A stretch of DNA of 64,000 nt from an uncultured Alphaproteobacteria bacterium (GTDB lineage: Bacteria; Pseudomonadota; Alphaproteobacteria; RF32; CAG-239). The position numbers and the translations under genes were made by a program. The stretch covers positions 20,572 to 84,571 of the forward strand of contig CALXTL010000004.1 in NCBI GenBank assembly GCA_944391445.1. The letters are read 5' to 3'. Every line of letters starts with the position of its first letter. Positions within the stretch are counted from its first letter, which is position 1. Positions 35,632 to 46,773 of this stretch are shown here, in pieces. The notes beneath the pieces were generated by a model. The model searched no databases. It saw only the letters and a list, made by a program, of their open reading frames with translations, and was not told the origin of the DNA.

Positions 35632-36414
35632 ATGAAAAAAAATACTCTGTTTTTCGGCCTGCTTTTCTGCCTCTGCGGCTTGACAACAAACACCGAAGCA
35701 TTCAGCGTCACGCATGACTTCAGCGTCGGCATCGGTCCGTTTGACGCCAGTCGCACCCGTTTTTCCTATTTGCTGGAGCCTTCGGCCTTTCAGGTAAAAT
35801 CCGCCGTCAAAACGCATGGTCTTTTTGATGCGCTCTACCCGTTTAAAGCCGACTATGAAACTTCTGGCAGGATTCGCGGAGACGATCTGGAAACCAGAAA
35901 CTACAACTATCGTTCGCAAACTCGTTTCAACCATCGCACCAAAGAACTGGTGTATGATAATAACGGTATTCTGCTGTATCGGCTGAGCAGCAAAAACGAC
36001 CGCAAAAAGAAAGTACCCATTGCCCGTGATGATAAAAACGCCGGCACCACCGATTTTCAAACGGTTTTTGCCGAATTAGCCAAACAATACAATAATGTCG
36101 GTTTTTGCGATGCCCGTCTGCCGGTTTTTGACGGCAAACGGCGTTTTGATGTTATTTTCAAAGACGAAGGCAAAGAAATTCTGGAACCGCTTCCCCAATC
36201 TCCTTTTGCCGGCGAAGCCGCCAAATGTTCCATGTATATTGACAAACTCAATACCGAAGATGATGACATGCTGATGCAGATCAGCGCCGAACGCCCCATT
36301 TATTTTTGGATCATGAAACAGGAAGGCAAAGCTTTCATTGCCCGCATCCGCATTGACGATACTCCGCTCGGAGCGTTGGAAGCTTATGCCACGCAGATAA
36401 CCGTAAAGGAATAA
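35632..36414 (+). CDS. Hypothetical secreted protein (possibly DUF3108-like)
   Basis: Signal peptide MKKNTLFFGLLFCLCGLTTNTEA. The DUF3108 suggestion rests only on a remembered VFDGKRRFDV-type motif. Confidence 0.45.
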   Translation: MKKNTLFFGLLFCLCGLTTNTEAFSVTHDFSVGIGPFDASRTRFSYLLEPSAFQVKSAVKTHGLFDALYPFKADYETSGRIRGDDLETRNYNYRSQTRFNHRTKELVYDNNGILLYRLSSKNDRKKKVPIARDDKNAGTTDFQTVFAELAKQYNNVGFCDARLPVFDGKRRFDVIFKDEGKEILEPLPQSPFAGEAAKCSMYIDKLNTEDDDMLMQISAERPIYFWIMKQEGKAFIARIRIDDTPLGALEAYATQITVKE

Positions 36415-36418
36415 TACG

Positions 36419-37816
36419 ATGCTGCCCAAAGCCGAACTTTTGCTTCCCGCCGGTTCACTGATCAAACTCAAAACCGCTTTTCTCTATGGTGCCGACGCGG
36501 TCTATGCCGGCACCCCCGACATGTGCCTGCGCGCCCAAAGCAAATTCACCCCCGAAGATTTGGCTGAAGGAATTTCTTTTGCGCACAAACTTGGCAAAAA
36601 AATCTACCTCACGCTTAATTTATTCATGCATAATCGTGATGTTGAAAAACTGCCGGCTTTTACGGCCACGCTGCGCCAGCTTGCCCCGGACGGTGTTTTG
36701 GTGGCGGATCCCGGGGTATTTCAATATCTTCGCGAGCATGCTCCTGAACTGGCGCTTTTTGTCTCCACGCAGGCCAATATTTGCTCCTGGCAGGCCGTCA
36801 AATTTTGGCAATCTCTGGGCGCAAAGCTTTGTGTGCTCGGCCGCGAAGTCACTTTTGAAGAAATGCGTGAGATTCGCCGGCGTTGTCCTGACATTTTGCT
36901 GGAATGTTTTATGCACGGTGCCATGTGTATGTCCTATTCCGGACGCTGCCTGATTTCCAACTACCTGACTGGCCGCAGCGCCAATCAAGGCAAATGTGCT
37001 CACTGCTGCCGCTGGCACTATAAACTGCATATTCGGCTCAAAGACGGCAGCATTAAAGAGCTCATCGTCAATGAGCACAATAAAGATTCTTTTGAATTTT
37101 TGCTGGAAGAAGATTTTCGCCCCGGCGAATATTATGAAATCGTTGAAGATGAGCATGGCGGCTATATCCTCAATTCCAAAGACATGTGCCTGATGCCGCG
37201 GCTGAATGAGCTGCTCTCGATCGGCATGGATTCACTCAAAGTTGAAGGACGCAACAAAACCGAATATTATGCCGCCACCGTCGCCCGGGCTTATCGTGCC
37301 GCTATTGACGACTGGTACCGATCTCCCGAAAAATGGAACTATCAACGCTACATCGGGGAACTTGATGCTTTGCAAAACCGGGGATATTGCCTTGGTTTTC
37401 ACGACGGCCAGCTCACAAATCTCAGCCAAAATTATGAATACACCCGCACGCTGGGAGACTGGCTGTTTGCAGGCTCAATCGTTCAATGGCAGGACAGTGA
37501 CGCCGTCTTTGAAATCCGCAATTATATCAACGGCGGGGAAGAAATCGAATTTTTGCTTCCCGGCAGTCTGGATGTCATCAAACTGCGCCTCAACGAATTT
37601 GAAGATGCCGCAAGCGGTGAAATTTCGCCGCGTGTTTCCGCCGGACAAAGCAAAAAGATCCGCATTCGTCCGCAAAACTGGCCTTTGCCGATTGCAGAAA
37701 TCAAGCAAAAACTACCCCAATATACTGTTGCCCGCAAATTTGCCCCGCTGCGGGATGAATCCTCAAAAATGCTCAACCGCAAAAAAGCTGAATTCATTAA
37801 ACTGTACCAAAAATAA
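36419..37816 (+). CDS. Peptidase U32 family protein (collagenase-like / YhbU-type)
   Basis: ELLLPAGSL...GADAVYAG, and the U32 signature ECFMHGAMCMSYSGRCLIS. Confidence 0.8.
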   Translation: MLPKAELLLPAGSLIKLKTAFLYGADAVYAGTPDMCLRAQSKFTPEDLAEGISFAHKLGKKIYLTLNLFMHNRDVEKLPAFTATLRQLAPDGVLVADPGVFQYLREHAPELALFVSTQANICSWQAVKFWQSLGAKLCVLGREVTFEEMREIRRRCPDILLECFMHGAMCMSYSGRCLISNYLTGRSANQGKCAHCCRWHYKLHIRLKDGSIKELIVNEHNKDSFEFLLEEDFRPGEYYEIVEDEHGGYILNSKDMCLMPRLNELLSIGMDSLKVEGRNKTEYYAATVARAYRAAIDDWYRSPEKWNYQRYIGELDALQNRGYCLGFHDGQLTNLSQNYEYTRTLGDWLFAGSIVQWQDSDAVFEIRNYINGGEEIEFLLPGSLDVIKLRLNEFEDAASGEISPRVSAGQSKKIRIRPQNWPLPIAEIKQKLPQYTVARKFAPLRDESSKMLNRKKAEFIKLYQK

Positions 37817-37818
37817 GT

Positions 37819-37852
37819 CAAAGGCCGAGGATCATCATCCATCGGCCTTTTC
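37819..37852 (+). terminator. Candidate terminator of the U32 gene
   Basis: aaggccga (37821-37828) pairs with tcggcctt (37842-37849), followed by TTTT. The convergent gene's stop codon lies in the loop. Confidence 0.4.
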
Positions 37853-38329
37853 CAATAAAGAAGAAACTTTTTCTTTCAGCTTCTCCAGGCGGATCACTTC
37901 GTGCAATTGTCCTTCCTGCATATAAATTTTTGCAAGATCAGTGCTGATCTTGATAATCTCTTCACAACGTTTGACCATCCCGACCGGGGCCTCTCCCCAT
38001 GTATCAAGCATCTGTTCCCAAACAGCGGCTTTCTGCCGATTAGTGCCGGCCAGATAGATAGCCTTTTGCCAATATTTCAGTGCATCCTGCGGCCGATTCT
38101 TTTCCTTAAACGCCTGAGCAATATTATTATGTGCCCAATACAACAGCATATTGCGTTTAATATTCGGATTCCATCGGCAGGTTACGCTATTGGCACAAAA
38201 GTCAATCACCCTGGCATAGGCTCTGATCTTATCATCCGGGTTGTCTGTTCGCCTGGCACAGTCAAAGGCCTGTTTATACACCTGTATGATTGAGGCGGGC
38301 GCAGATATATTTTCTTTTTCCGTCCGCAT
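37835..38329 (-). CDS. Hypothetical all-helical (TPR-like) protein
   Basis: 164-aa ORF. YWAHNNIAQAFKEKNRPQDALKYWQKAIYL resembles a TPR unit. It starts 13 nt after the upstream Cys-rich gene. Confidence 0.4.
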   Translation of the reverse strand: MRTEKENISAPASIIQVYKQAFDCARRTDNPDDKIRAYARVIDFCANSVTCRWNPNIKRNMLLYWAHNNIAQAFKEKNRPQDALKYWQKAIYLAGTNRQKAAVWEQMLDTWGEAPVGMVKRCEEIIKISTDLAKIYMQEGQLHEVIRLEKLKEKVSSLLEKADG

Positions 38330-38341
38330 TTTTTCATCCGT

Positions 38342-38665
38342 TCAATGCTGCATGACCGTTTCATCAAAGCCGAACACACATTTGTGTGACAACTTACCGC
38401 CGGTCTTCATGCAATATTCGTCGCGCGTCAAATCATACTTGGCATATATCGGACAAGTCTCGCATAAACAGCCGTGATCTTCATCAATGCAGTGGCTTTT
38501 TTCAAAAGCACAAAACATCCCTTCAAAATGTTCGACATTTTCCAGATCATCCAGCATCTTAACCATATTTACCGGATAATTTTTAAGTTTACAGCCCAGA
38601 GTATAGGAAGGACAGTTGCGGCATTGACATTCTTTCAGGTTTTCTTTTGTTTTGGCAACCAGCAT
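38342..38665 (-). CDS. Cysteine-rich small protein (DUF2769-like)
   Basis: CQCRNCPSYTLGC...CAFEKSHCIDEDHGCLCETCPIY...C. ATG at 38665 is preceded by GAGGAG. Confidence 0.5.
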   Translation of the reverse strand: MLVAKTKENLKECQCRNCPSYTLGCKLKNYPVNMVKMLDDLENVEHFEGMFCAFEKSHCIDEDHGCLCETCPIYAKYDLTRDEYCMKTGGKLSHKCVFGFDETVMQH

Positions 38666-38742
38666 TTCTTCACTCCTCAAAATTGATTGAACATTATCAA
38701 ACTTATGCTGCGCTGCCGCAAAAACAATAGTTCTTTGGAATA

Positions 38743-38779
38743 GAAAAACACCGTCGTTTTTCAAGCGGCGGTGTTTTCA
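38743..38779. terminator. Intrinsic terminator downstream of ftsH
   Basis: aaaacaccg (38745-38753) pairs with cggtgtttt (38769-38777), with T-runs on both strands. Confidence 0.5.
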
Positions 38780-38789
38780 ATCCAAAAGT

Positions 38790-40655
38790 TCAGGCCTCCG
38801 GCAATGAGGAATGGACTCTTTTTTCTTCCGGAACAGGAGATTCTGCCGATTTATCAACCGGTCGGCCGGCAATAACATCCTGAATCTCTTCGCCGGTCAG
38901 CGTCTCATATTCAATCAGTGCCGAAGCCAAAGCCTCCCACTCTTTTTCATGTTCTTTCAGCAGTTGAGTCGCCTGTGCATGAGCATTAACAACCAAATTT
39001 TTAATTTCGGCATCAACCAAACGCGCCGTTTCTTCGCTCATATTTCGGCTCTGAGTCACAGACTTGCCCAAAAAGACCTCGCCGGTGTTTTCCGCATACA
39101 AAACCGGGCCGAGTTTTTCGCTCATTCCCCACTCTGTGACCATGGAACGGGCCAGATTCGTCGCCCCGGCAATATCCGAAGAAGCGCCGCTGGTCACTTT
39201 TTTGGCGCCGAACTTCAGCTCTTCAGCCACCCGGCCACCCATCATAATCACCAAGCGCGATAACATTTTAATTCGAGAATACGAATACTGATCCTTTTCG
39301 GGAAGCTGTTGTACCATACCAAGCGCTCTTCCTCTCGGAATGATTGTTGCTTTATGAATCGGATCGCTTTCTTCAACAAACAAAGAACAAATAGCGTGTC
39401 CTGCCTCATGATAAGCGGTCAGCTTCTTTTCATTTTCATCCATAGCCATCGAGCGCCGCTCGCTGCCCATCAGCACTTTGTCTTTGGCTTCGTCAAAATC
39501 CTGCGACGTCACTTTGTGCTTGTTTTTGCGAGCGGCCAAAAGTGCGGCTTCATTAACCAGATTGGCAAGATCCGCGCCAGAAAATCCGGGAGTACCGCGG
39601 GCAACCACAGACAAATTGACATCGCGGGCCAGCGGAACATTTTTGACGTGAACCTTCAAAATCTCCTCACGGCCTTTTTTATCCGGATTCGTCACCGTAA
39701 CCTGTCGGTCAAAGCGTCCCGGACGCAGCAATGCCGGATCCAACACATCCGGACGATTGGTGGCCGCAATCAAAATAACGTTCTCATTGGCTTCAAAACC
39801 GTCCATTTCAACCAACAATTGGTTTAATGTCTGTTCGCGCTCATCATTGCCGCCGCCAAGCCCGGCACCGCGGTGTCGGCCCACGGCGTCAATTTCGTCA
39901 ATAAACAACAAACAAGGAGCGTTCTTCTTGGCCTGAGCAAACATATCGCGCACACGGCTCGCGCCCACCCCGACAAACATCTCCACAAAATCCGAACCGG
40001 AAATGGAGAAAAACGGCACTTCAGCCTCGCCTGCAACGGCTTTGGCCAGCAAAGTTTTACCCGTTCCCGGAGGGCCGACCATCAAAACGCCCTTGGGAAT
40101 CTTACCGCCAAGCCGCTGAAATTTTTCCGGATCTTTCAAAAAATCAATAATCTCTTCAAGTTCTTCTTTAGCCTCATCGGCACCGGCCACATCGGCAAAC
40201 GTAACTTTTTTGGTATTTTCAATCAGTCTGGCGCGTGATTTGCCGAAACTCATGGCTTTATTATTACCGGAATTAGCCTGTCGCATAAAAAAGATCCACA
40301 CGCCGATCAAAAGCAGCATCGGAAACCACGAAATCAAAATTCCCCAAAAATTATCTGAAGCATTGCTTTCCGGTTGCGCCGAAACTTTCACATCATTTTT
40401 GCGTAAAAGCTCAACCATTGACGGATCAAACGGCGCATAGGTATAAAAACGCTTGCCGTCTGTATATTTACCGGAAATACTGGCCCCTTCAATGGTCACT
40501 TCGGCAATTTTTTTATTTTCCACATGATTCATAAAATCGGAAAAAGCCAGCTTTTCGGCATTGGCCGTCTCCCGGCCGGGCATCAGCATATTCATCGCCG
40601 CGGAAAGGAAAATAAAAGCGGCCACCCAGACAATAATATTTCTCGCGTTTCTCAT
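38790..40655 (-). CDS. ftsH: ATP-dependent zinc metalloprotease FtsH
   Basis: Walker [14 protein letters not shown], the Walker B motif LLFIDEIDA and the nearby SRH segment [20 protein letters not shown], and zinc motif HEAGHA. Confidence 0.95.
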   Translation of the reverse strand: MRNARNIIVWVAAFIFLSAAMNMLMPGRETANAEKLAFSDFMNHVENKKIAEVTIEGASISGKYTDGKRFYTYAPFDPSMVELLRKNDVKVSAQPESNASDNFWGILISWFPMLLLIGVWIFFMRQANSGNNKAMSFGKSRARLIENTKKVTFADVAGADEAKEELEEIIDFLKDPEKFQRLGGKIPKGVLMVGPPGTGKTLLAKAVAGEAEVPFFSISGSDFVEMFVGVGASRVRDMFAQAKKNAPCLLFIDEIDAVGRHRGAGLGGGNDEREQTLNQLLVEMDGFEANENVILIAATNRPDVLDPALLRPGRFDRQVTVTNPDKKGREEILKVHVKNVPLARDVNLSVVARGTPGFSGADLANLVNEAALLAARKNKHKVTSQDFDEAKDKVLMGSERRSMAMDENEKKLTAYHEAGHAICSLFVEESDPIHKATIIPRGRALGMVQQLPEKDQYSYSRIKMLSRLVIMMGGRVAEELKFGAKKVTSGASSDIAGATNLARSMVTEWGMSEKLGPVLYAENTGEVFLGKSVTQSRNMSEETARLVDAEIKNLVVNAHAQATQLLKEHEKEWEALASALIEYETLTGEEIQDVIAGRPVDKSAESPVPEEKRVHSSLPEA

Positions 40656-40743
40656 AAAAAAATCCTTAAAGACAGGTTGACTGATTTTCTATATATAGTT
40701 TTTTTCTTTTCAAAACTCAAGCGGGAAATCAAGCCGCCCCAGC

Positions 40744-40785
40744 AAAAAAACAAAAAAAACGGCCGGGATTGCCGACCGTTTTCTG
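40744..40785 (-). terminator. Candidate terminator of the DsbA-family gene
   Basis: On the minus strand: aaaacggtcgg-caatc-ccggccg, followed by ttttttttgttttttt. Confidence 0.45.
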
Positions 40786-40802
40786 CCTAACCCGCAAGCG
40801 GA

Positions 40803-41528
40803 TTATCTGGCCTGATTAATAGCATCTTGCAAAACGCTTTCATCCAAAGTTTGGATAAGTTTATTGTCCAAAATCAGAGACGGAACACCGTTAACCTGAA
40901 TTTTGGCTGCCAGATTGGAGGTTTCTTCCAAAGTTTTGTTAACTTTCTCGGATTCCATATCCACTTTCAGTTTTTCCAGATCAACACCGGCTTTGACAGC
41001 AGCTTCATCAATTTTGGCTTCCGTCAGCGGGCCGCTGATTTCAAAAACGGCGCTGTATACTTCGGCAAACTTGCCCTGTTCTTTGGCAGCCAAAGCGGCT
41101 TTGGCAGCATATTTAGACATCGGAGACAAGAAAGTCAAAGGTTTAACAACCAGTTTCAGATCGCTGTTTTTGGCAACAACATTCTTCAAAACCGGATAAA
41201 TTCTGTGGCAATATCCGCAGGAGAAATCAAAGAATTCAACCAAAACAATCTCGCCGTCCGGATTTCCGAGAAAACCGTCATTCGGATTCTTGGTCAATTC
41301 TTCTTCGCTCTGCTCAAGCAGCTCCTGAGCTTTTTTCAGAGCTTCTTCTCTTTGTTTTTCTTCATAATTCTGCATAGCCTGGATAATCATTTCCGGTTTG
41401 GCGTTCAAAGCCTCTTCAACATTGGCGGCACCGCCGCTTTTGTTGCAGCAGAGGATGCACATAACAAGCGCAATGATCGCAACAACCAGAGCAACCAGGG
41501 ACACATACACGGCATTAATCTTTTTCAT
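40803..41528 (-). CDS. DsbA-family thiol:disulfide oxidoreductase, membrane-anchored
   Basis: Active site FFDFSCGYCHRIYP (CxxC). N-terminal TM. ATG at 41528 (MKKINAVYVSL). Confidence 0.8.
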   Translation of the reverse strand: MKKINAVYVSLVALVVAIIALVMCILCCNKSGGAANVEEALNAKPEMIIQAMQNYEEKQREEALKKAQELLEQSEEELTKNPNDGFLGNPDGEIVLVEFFDFSCGYCHRIYPVLKNVVAKNSDLKLVVKPLTFLSPMSKYAAKAALAAKEQGKFAEVYSAVFEISGPLTEAKIDEAAVKAGVDLEKLKVDMESEKVNKTLEETSNLAAKIQVNGVPSLILDNKLIQTLDESVLQDAINQAR

Positions 41529-41633
41529 TATCAGATTCCTCAAGTTATGATTATTTATCAACTCGTTTAATCTAACAAACTCTGAGCGATTTACAAGCGG
41601 AAAATAATATTTATTTATTATATTTGCGCAAAT

Positions 41634-41668
41634 AATAAATTATTTTTTCATAAATTAAGCACTATAAT
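41634..41668 (+). promoter_or_regulatory. Candidate promoter of the DUF47-PiT operon
   Basis: Perfect TATAAT at 41663-41668, 35 nt upstream of the ATG. The -35 is weak (TTATTT) and the context is very AT-rich. Confidence 0.3.
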
Positions 41669-41702
41669 ATGATTCAAGTTTAAACCTTTTGAAAGAAGAG
41701 CA

Positions 41703-42362
41703 ATGTTCCATATCAATGCCTCGCTTTTTTCCAAAACCAAAACCCTGGAAAGCAAAATAGACCTTTTTCATGACAAGCTGCTGGATGCAGCGATGACTTT
41801 TAAGAGAGCCGTCCAGATATTTCTGAACGAAAGCCGCAGCGACGCCTACCGCAAACTTTCCAAACAAATCAAACAAATCGAGCACGACGCCGACGGCTTG
41901 CGCCGCGATATTGAAAACAATCTCTACAGCCACAACCTGATCCCTGATCTGCGTGCCGACGTCCTTCAACTGGTAGAAAATCTGGACCGCATCATCAACA
42001 AATTTGACGAAGTTACCTACAAATTTTACGCCGAACGCCCTGAAATTCCTACGGAATATCACGGACGTATCAATGAACTGTGCAATTTAAGCTCCGAATG
42101 CGCCGAAAACACCGCTCGTGCAAGCCGCGCTTTTTTCCGCGACCTCAGCGCCGTGCGCGATTATTCGCAAAAAGTCTATTTCATCGAGCATGAATCCGAC
42201 ATTTCCACTCATCGTCTGAATGAAGCAATATTCGATTCTGATCTGCCGTTGGCCAATAAGCTCCAGCTTTCCGGTTTTATCAACGAAATTGCCGATATTG
42301 CCGATATTGCCGAAGATTTCATTGACGCATTGCTTATCTTTGCCATCAAGAGAGATATCTGA
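41703..42362 (+). CDS. DUF47 / PhoU-like phosphate-transport regulator (TIGR00153-type)
   Basis: IEHDADGLRRDIENNLY and IEHESDISTHRL repeats typical of DUF47. It lies immediately upstream of a PiT transporter. Confidence 0.75.
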   Translation: MFHINASLFSKTKTLESKIDLFHDKLLDAAMTFKRAVQIFLNESRSDAYRKLSKQIKQIEHDADGLRRDIENNLYSHNLIPDLRADVLQLVENLDRIINKFDEVTYKFYAERPEIPTEYHGRINELCNLSSECAENTARASRAFFRDLSAVRDYSQKVYFIEHESDISTHRLNEAIFDSDLPLANKLQLSGFINEIADIADIAEDFIDALLIFAIKRDI

Positions 42363-42363
42363 C

Positions 42364-43419
42364 ATGGATCTGAGCTTCTTCTTTTTTCTGAGTTCCGGAT
42401 TGTTTCTCGGCTGGTCGCTCGGCGCCAGCGATGCCTCCAATATTTTTGGCACCGCCGTCGGCACCAAAATGGTTCGTTTTCGCACCGCGGCGCTGATTTC
42501 CTCCATTTTTATCATCATCGGCGCGGTCTATGCCGGATCCGGCGCCTCGCAAACCTTGGGGCATCTTGGCTCAATCAATACGCTGCCCGGTGCATTTATG
42601 TCAGCGCTGGCAGCCGCGCTGACCATTTATTGGATGGTTCTGGCCTCCATGCCCATCTCCACATCTCAGGCAATTGTCGGCGCCATCATCGGCTGGAATT
42701 TTTTTGCCGACAAACCGACAGACATCTCTGTTTTAAGCCAAATTATCGGCACCTGGATTTTCTGTCCGATTCTCTCTGGGATTATTGCTGTTTTGCTGTA
42801 TGTGACGGTGCGTTTTCTGTTTCGCATGGCACACATACATCTGTTGCGGCAAGATTGCTACACGCGGGCGGGCTTAATCATCGCCGGTGCATTTGGCGCT
42901 TATGCGCTCGGCGCCAATAATATTGCCAATGTCATGGGTGTCTTTGTTGCCGCCGCTCCGTTGCACGAAGTTGACTTCGGATTCGGCATCGTCTTGAGCG
43001 GCACACAGGTTTTATTCCTCATTGGCGGCATCGCCATCAGCGTCGGAGTTGCAACCTATTCGCAAAAAGTCATGCGGACCGTGGGCAGCTCGATTATGAA
43101 AATGTCGCCGCTGATTGCCTGGGTCGTCGTTGTCTCGCAATCTTTGGTTTTGTTCTTGTTTGCCTCACAAAATCTCAAACATTTTTTAGTTGAACATCAT
43201 CTGCCTTCGCTGCCGCTGGTGCCGGTTTCCAGTTCACAGGCCGTTATTGGCGCCTTGATTGGTATCGGATTGGCTCGCAGCGGCAAAACCCTGCATTGGG
43301 ATATTCTCGGCAAAATTGCCCTAAGCTGGATAACCACGCCGATCATTGCGGCCGGCGTCTGCTATATTTCGTTATTTTTCTTGCAAAATGTATTTGGTCA
43401 AACGGTTTATCTGCCTTGA
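42364..43419 (+). CDS. Inorganic phosphate transporter, PiT family
   Basis: Two PiT signature repeats, GASDASNIFGTAVGT and GANNIANVMG. The protein is polytopic. ATG at 42364 lies 1 nt after the DUF47 stop. Confidence 0.85.
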   Translation: MDLSFFFFLSSGLFLGWSLGASDASNIFGTAVGTKMVRFRTAALISSIFIIIGAVYAGSGASQTLGHLGSINTLPGAFMSALAAALTIYWMVLASMPISTSQAIVGAIIGWNFFADKPTDISVLSQIIGTWIFCPILSGIIAVLLYVTVRFLFRMAHIHLLRQDCYTRAGLIIAGAFGAYALGANNIANVMGVFVAAAPLHEVDFGFGIVLSGTQVLFLIGGIAISVGVATYSQKVMRTVGSSIMKMSPLIAWVVVVSQSLVLFLFASQNLKHFLVEHHLPSLPLVPVSSSQAVIGALIGIGLARSGKTLHWDILGKIALSWITTPIIAAGVCYISLFFLQNVFGQTVYLP

Positions 43420-43429
43420 GGAAAATACC

Positions 43430-43870
43430 ATGAAAATAACCATCCTTGCCATTGGCAAATGCAAAAAAAATTCACCTGAAGCTGCCCTGATCGCCGAATA
43501 CACCAAACGTTCAAACTGGCCGATAACCGTCAAAGAAAAAGACAACACCTCGCAAAAAGAAGAAGCGGAATTCTTACAAGCCTCTATTCCGCCGCAGGCC
43601 AAAGTCATTGTGCTGGACGAACGCGGCGAAAACATCAAATCCGTCGAGCTGGCCAAGCGGATTGAAAACTGGCAACTCAAAGGTTGCTCTGAACTCTGTT
43701 TTCTGATTGGCGGCGCCGACGGCCACCTGCAAACCACCCGTGATCGGGCGGACTTACTTTTGTCTTTTGGCAAACTCACCTTGCCGCACATGCTGATGCG
43801 CGTCGTCCTTTGCGAACAAATCTACCGCATCCAGACAATTCTTTCCGGACACCCTTATCATCGCGAATAA
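43430..43870 (+). CDS. rlmH: 23S rRNA (pseudouridine1915-N3)-methyltransferase RlmH
   Basis: MKITILAIGKCKK...LDERGENI...FLIGGADGH...LSFGKLTLPHMLMRVVLCEQIYR...GHPYHR. Confidence 0.85.
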   Translation: MKITILAIGKCKKNSPEAALIAEYTKRSNWPITVKEKDNTSQKEEAEFLQASIPPQAKVIVLDERGENIKSVELAKRIENWQLKGCSELCFLIGGADGHLQTTRDRADLLLSFGKLTLPHMLMRVVLCEQIYRIQTILSGHPYHRE

Positions 43871-43942
43871 AATATGGCTTGACTCCGCCATGTTTTTGTC
43901 TATATTTGTACATGAAAAATTATACATTTTAAATTATTATCT

Positions 43943-44557
43943 ATGAACATCTTTAAAAAAATGGCACATTTGTTCTCAAAGAAGACAACTGCCGAAGATC
44001 AAGTCCCGACAACCGTTCAACCGGACATCACCATCAAAGAAAACGAAGGCATGACCGTCAAAGTGGCTGATCCGCCCTGTTCGCACAATCTTTCGGGAGT
44101 ATTGGCCTATCCCGTTTTTGCACCGATGCCGTTGTTGCTGTGGTACAGCATCCAAAAAGCCATGGACGAGAAAGAACCTTTCTGCGGCAATATTTCCATG
44201 GTCACGGTTATAGATCTGTTTAATCCGCAGACAAGTGCTTTTATCTGCACGGCTTTTGCGATTAAAGATGCCAAGGGCTGGTATTGGGCCAAGATCGGTT
44301 CACCAAAAGTCTGTTTCTCGGGGTTTGATGCTTTTATTTACAAACAAGCGCAAACATTCCGGATTTCGCTCACATCCGATCGCAGCAAAAAGTCATATGC
44401 CGCCATATGTACATACACAAAAGGCGCCATCCTTGTCACCGGTCTGATTGAACAGACAAAAACACCGCCAACCGATGATGACAGAGAACCATTGGTTGAA
44501 TGTGATATTCTGCCTTGTTTACTGGCCGAAGCCTGTGAGTTTGTCAAAAAGCTCTGA
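43943..44557 (+). CDS. Hypothetical protein (orphan)
   Basis: 204-aa ORF followed by a terminator hairpin. No domain recognised. Confidence 0.4.
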   Translation: MNIFKKMAHLFSKKTTAEDQVPTTVQPDITIKENEGMTVKVADPPCSHNLSGVLAYPVFAPMPLLLWYSIQKAMDEKEPFCGNISMVTVIDLFNPQTSAFICTAFAIKDAKGWYWAKIGSPKVCFSGFDAFIYKQAQTFRISLTSDRSKKSYAAICTYTKGAILVTGLIEQTKTPPTDDDREPLVECDILPCLLAEACEFVKKL

Positions 44558-44567
44558 TCGGCTCCGT

Positions 44568-44604
44568 AAAAAAGCCCGCCTGCCGCAAGACAGCCGGGCT
44601 TTTT
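44568..44604. terminator. Bidirectional terminator between the orphan gene and rsfS
   Basis: aaaaag-cccgcctg-ccgcaaga-cagccggg-cttttt, with one mismatch in the stem. Confidence 0.5.
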
Positions 44605-44621
44605 GCTTAATCGGCACAATC

Positions 44622-44999
44622 TTAATTGGCCGCCGAACGAATTTGCGCCACAGAAGACCACATTTTTTCAATGCTGTAAAATTCGCGCACCTCAGGACGA
44701 AAAATATGAACAATCACATCAAAGGCGTCAATCAAAACCCAATCGGCTTTCTCCTTTCCTTCTGCCGTGGATTTAAAACCGGCTTCTTTAAGCTTCAGTT
44801 GAATATTATCCGCTAACGAGGCCACCTGCCGATTCGAACTGCCGCTGGCAATAACCATATAATTGGCAATTGATGTTTTTCCTTGCAAATCCATCACCAC
44901 AACATCTTGAGCCTTGCCGTCGTCAAGTGTTTTGACTATCACATCCAAAATCTGCTCTGCATCATCTTTATTTTCTGTCATGATTGATTTTTCGGCCAC
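44622..44999 (-). CDS. rsfS: Ribosomal silencing factor RsfS
   Basis: KAQDVVVMDLQGKTSIANYMVIASGSSNRQV...DWVLIDAFDVIVHIF...REFYSIEKMW. Confidence 0.85.
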   Translation of the reverse strand: MAEKSIMTENKDDAEQILDVIVKTLDDGKAQDVVVMDLQGKTSIANYMVIASGSSNRQVASLADNIQLKLKEAGFKSTAEGKEKADWVLIDAFDVIVHIFRPEVREFYSIEKMWSSVAQIRSAAN

Positions 45000-45017
45000 T
45001 TGTATTTTCTCCTTTAC

Positions 45018-46076
<1,059 letters not shown>

Positions 46077-46150
46077 TCAGCTTCTCAATGAAAGTAAAGG
46101 GGATGCGCTGACACCCCCTCTCTATTTATAATCCTTTGACGCGGAATCAA

Positions 46151-46405
46151 CTATTCGCAAACAACGGAAACAACCGTTTTATTGCCGGCTTTTTTGGAAA
46201 ACACGACTTTTCCTTCGGCAATGGCGAAAATCGTATGATCTCTGCCCATACCGACATTAGCGCCCGGATGATACTGAGTGCCACGCTGACGAACAATGAT
46301 ATTGCCCGGAATGACGCTCTGTCCGCCGGCCTTTTTCAAGCCGAGACGACGTCCGATGGAATCGCGTCCGTTGCTGGAACTACCGCCAGATTTCTTATGT
46401 GCCAT
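46151..46405 (-). CDS. rpmA: 50S ribosomal protein L27
   Basis: [16 protein letters not shown]...[10 protein letters not shown]. Confidence 0.95.
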   Translation of the reverse strand: MAHKKSGGSSSNGRDSIGRRLGLKKAGGQSVIPGNIIVRQRGTQYHPGANVGMGRDHTIFAIAEGKVVFSKKAGNKTVVSVVCE

Positions 46406-46429
46406 AACTAAATCTCCTTCACCTTATTC

Positions 46430-46732
46430 TTATTTGCCGCAAACGTCGGTAATTTTAACCAGCGTAATTGACTGTCTGTGGCCGTTCTTACGACGGTAAT
46501 TTTGTCTTCTCTTCTTTTTAAAGATAATGACCTTGGCATCTTTGGCCTGTTTCAAAATCGTCGCTTTGACACTGGCGCCTGCAACCAACGGATTGCCGAT
46601 GGTATCGCCCAAAGCCAGAACTTCATTGAAAATAACTTCCTTACCTTCTTCACCGGCCAGCTTCTCAACCTTGACAACGTCACCCGCAGCCACTCTGTAC
46701 TGCTTACCGCCGGTCTTAATTACTGCATACAT
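46430..46732 (-). CDS. rplU: 50S ribosomal protein L21
   Basis: MYAVIKTGGKQYRVAAGDVVKVEKL...KKRRQNYRRKNGHRQ. Confidence 0.95.
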   Translation of the reverse strand: MYAVIKTGGKQYRVAAGDVVKVEKLAGEEGKEVIFNEVLALGDTIGNPLVAGASVKATILKQAKDAKVIIFKKKRRQNYRRKNGHRQSITLVKITDVCGK

Positions 46733-46773
46733 GTTTATTCACCTTTATATTTCAAACACAAAACGTTGTTTGC

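Noticed and set aside
40827-41570. 247-aa plus-strand ORF opposite the DsbA-family gene
   Set aside because: It is an antisense shadow. The minus-strand product has the CGYC thioredoxin-fold active site and a TM anchor.
41612-41639. Imperfect AT-rich inverted repeat (tatttat[ta]tatttgc|gcaaataataaat) upstream of the DUF47-PiT operon, as a possible Pho-type operator
   Set aside because: The region is extremely AT-rich and low-complexity, so this degree of symmetry is plausible by chance. It needs a 2-nt bulge and does not resemble the PhoB direct-repeat box.
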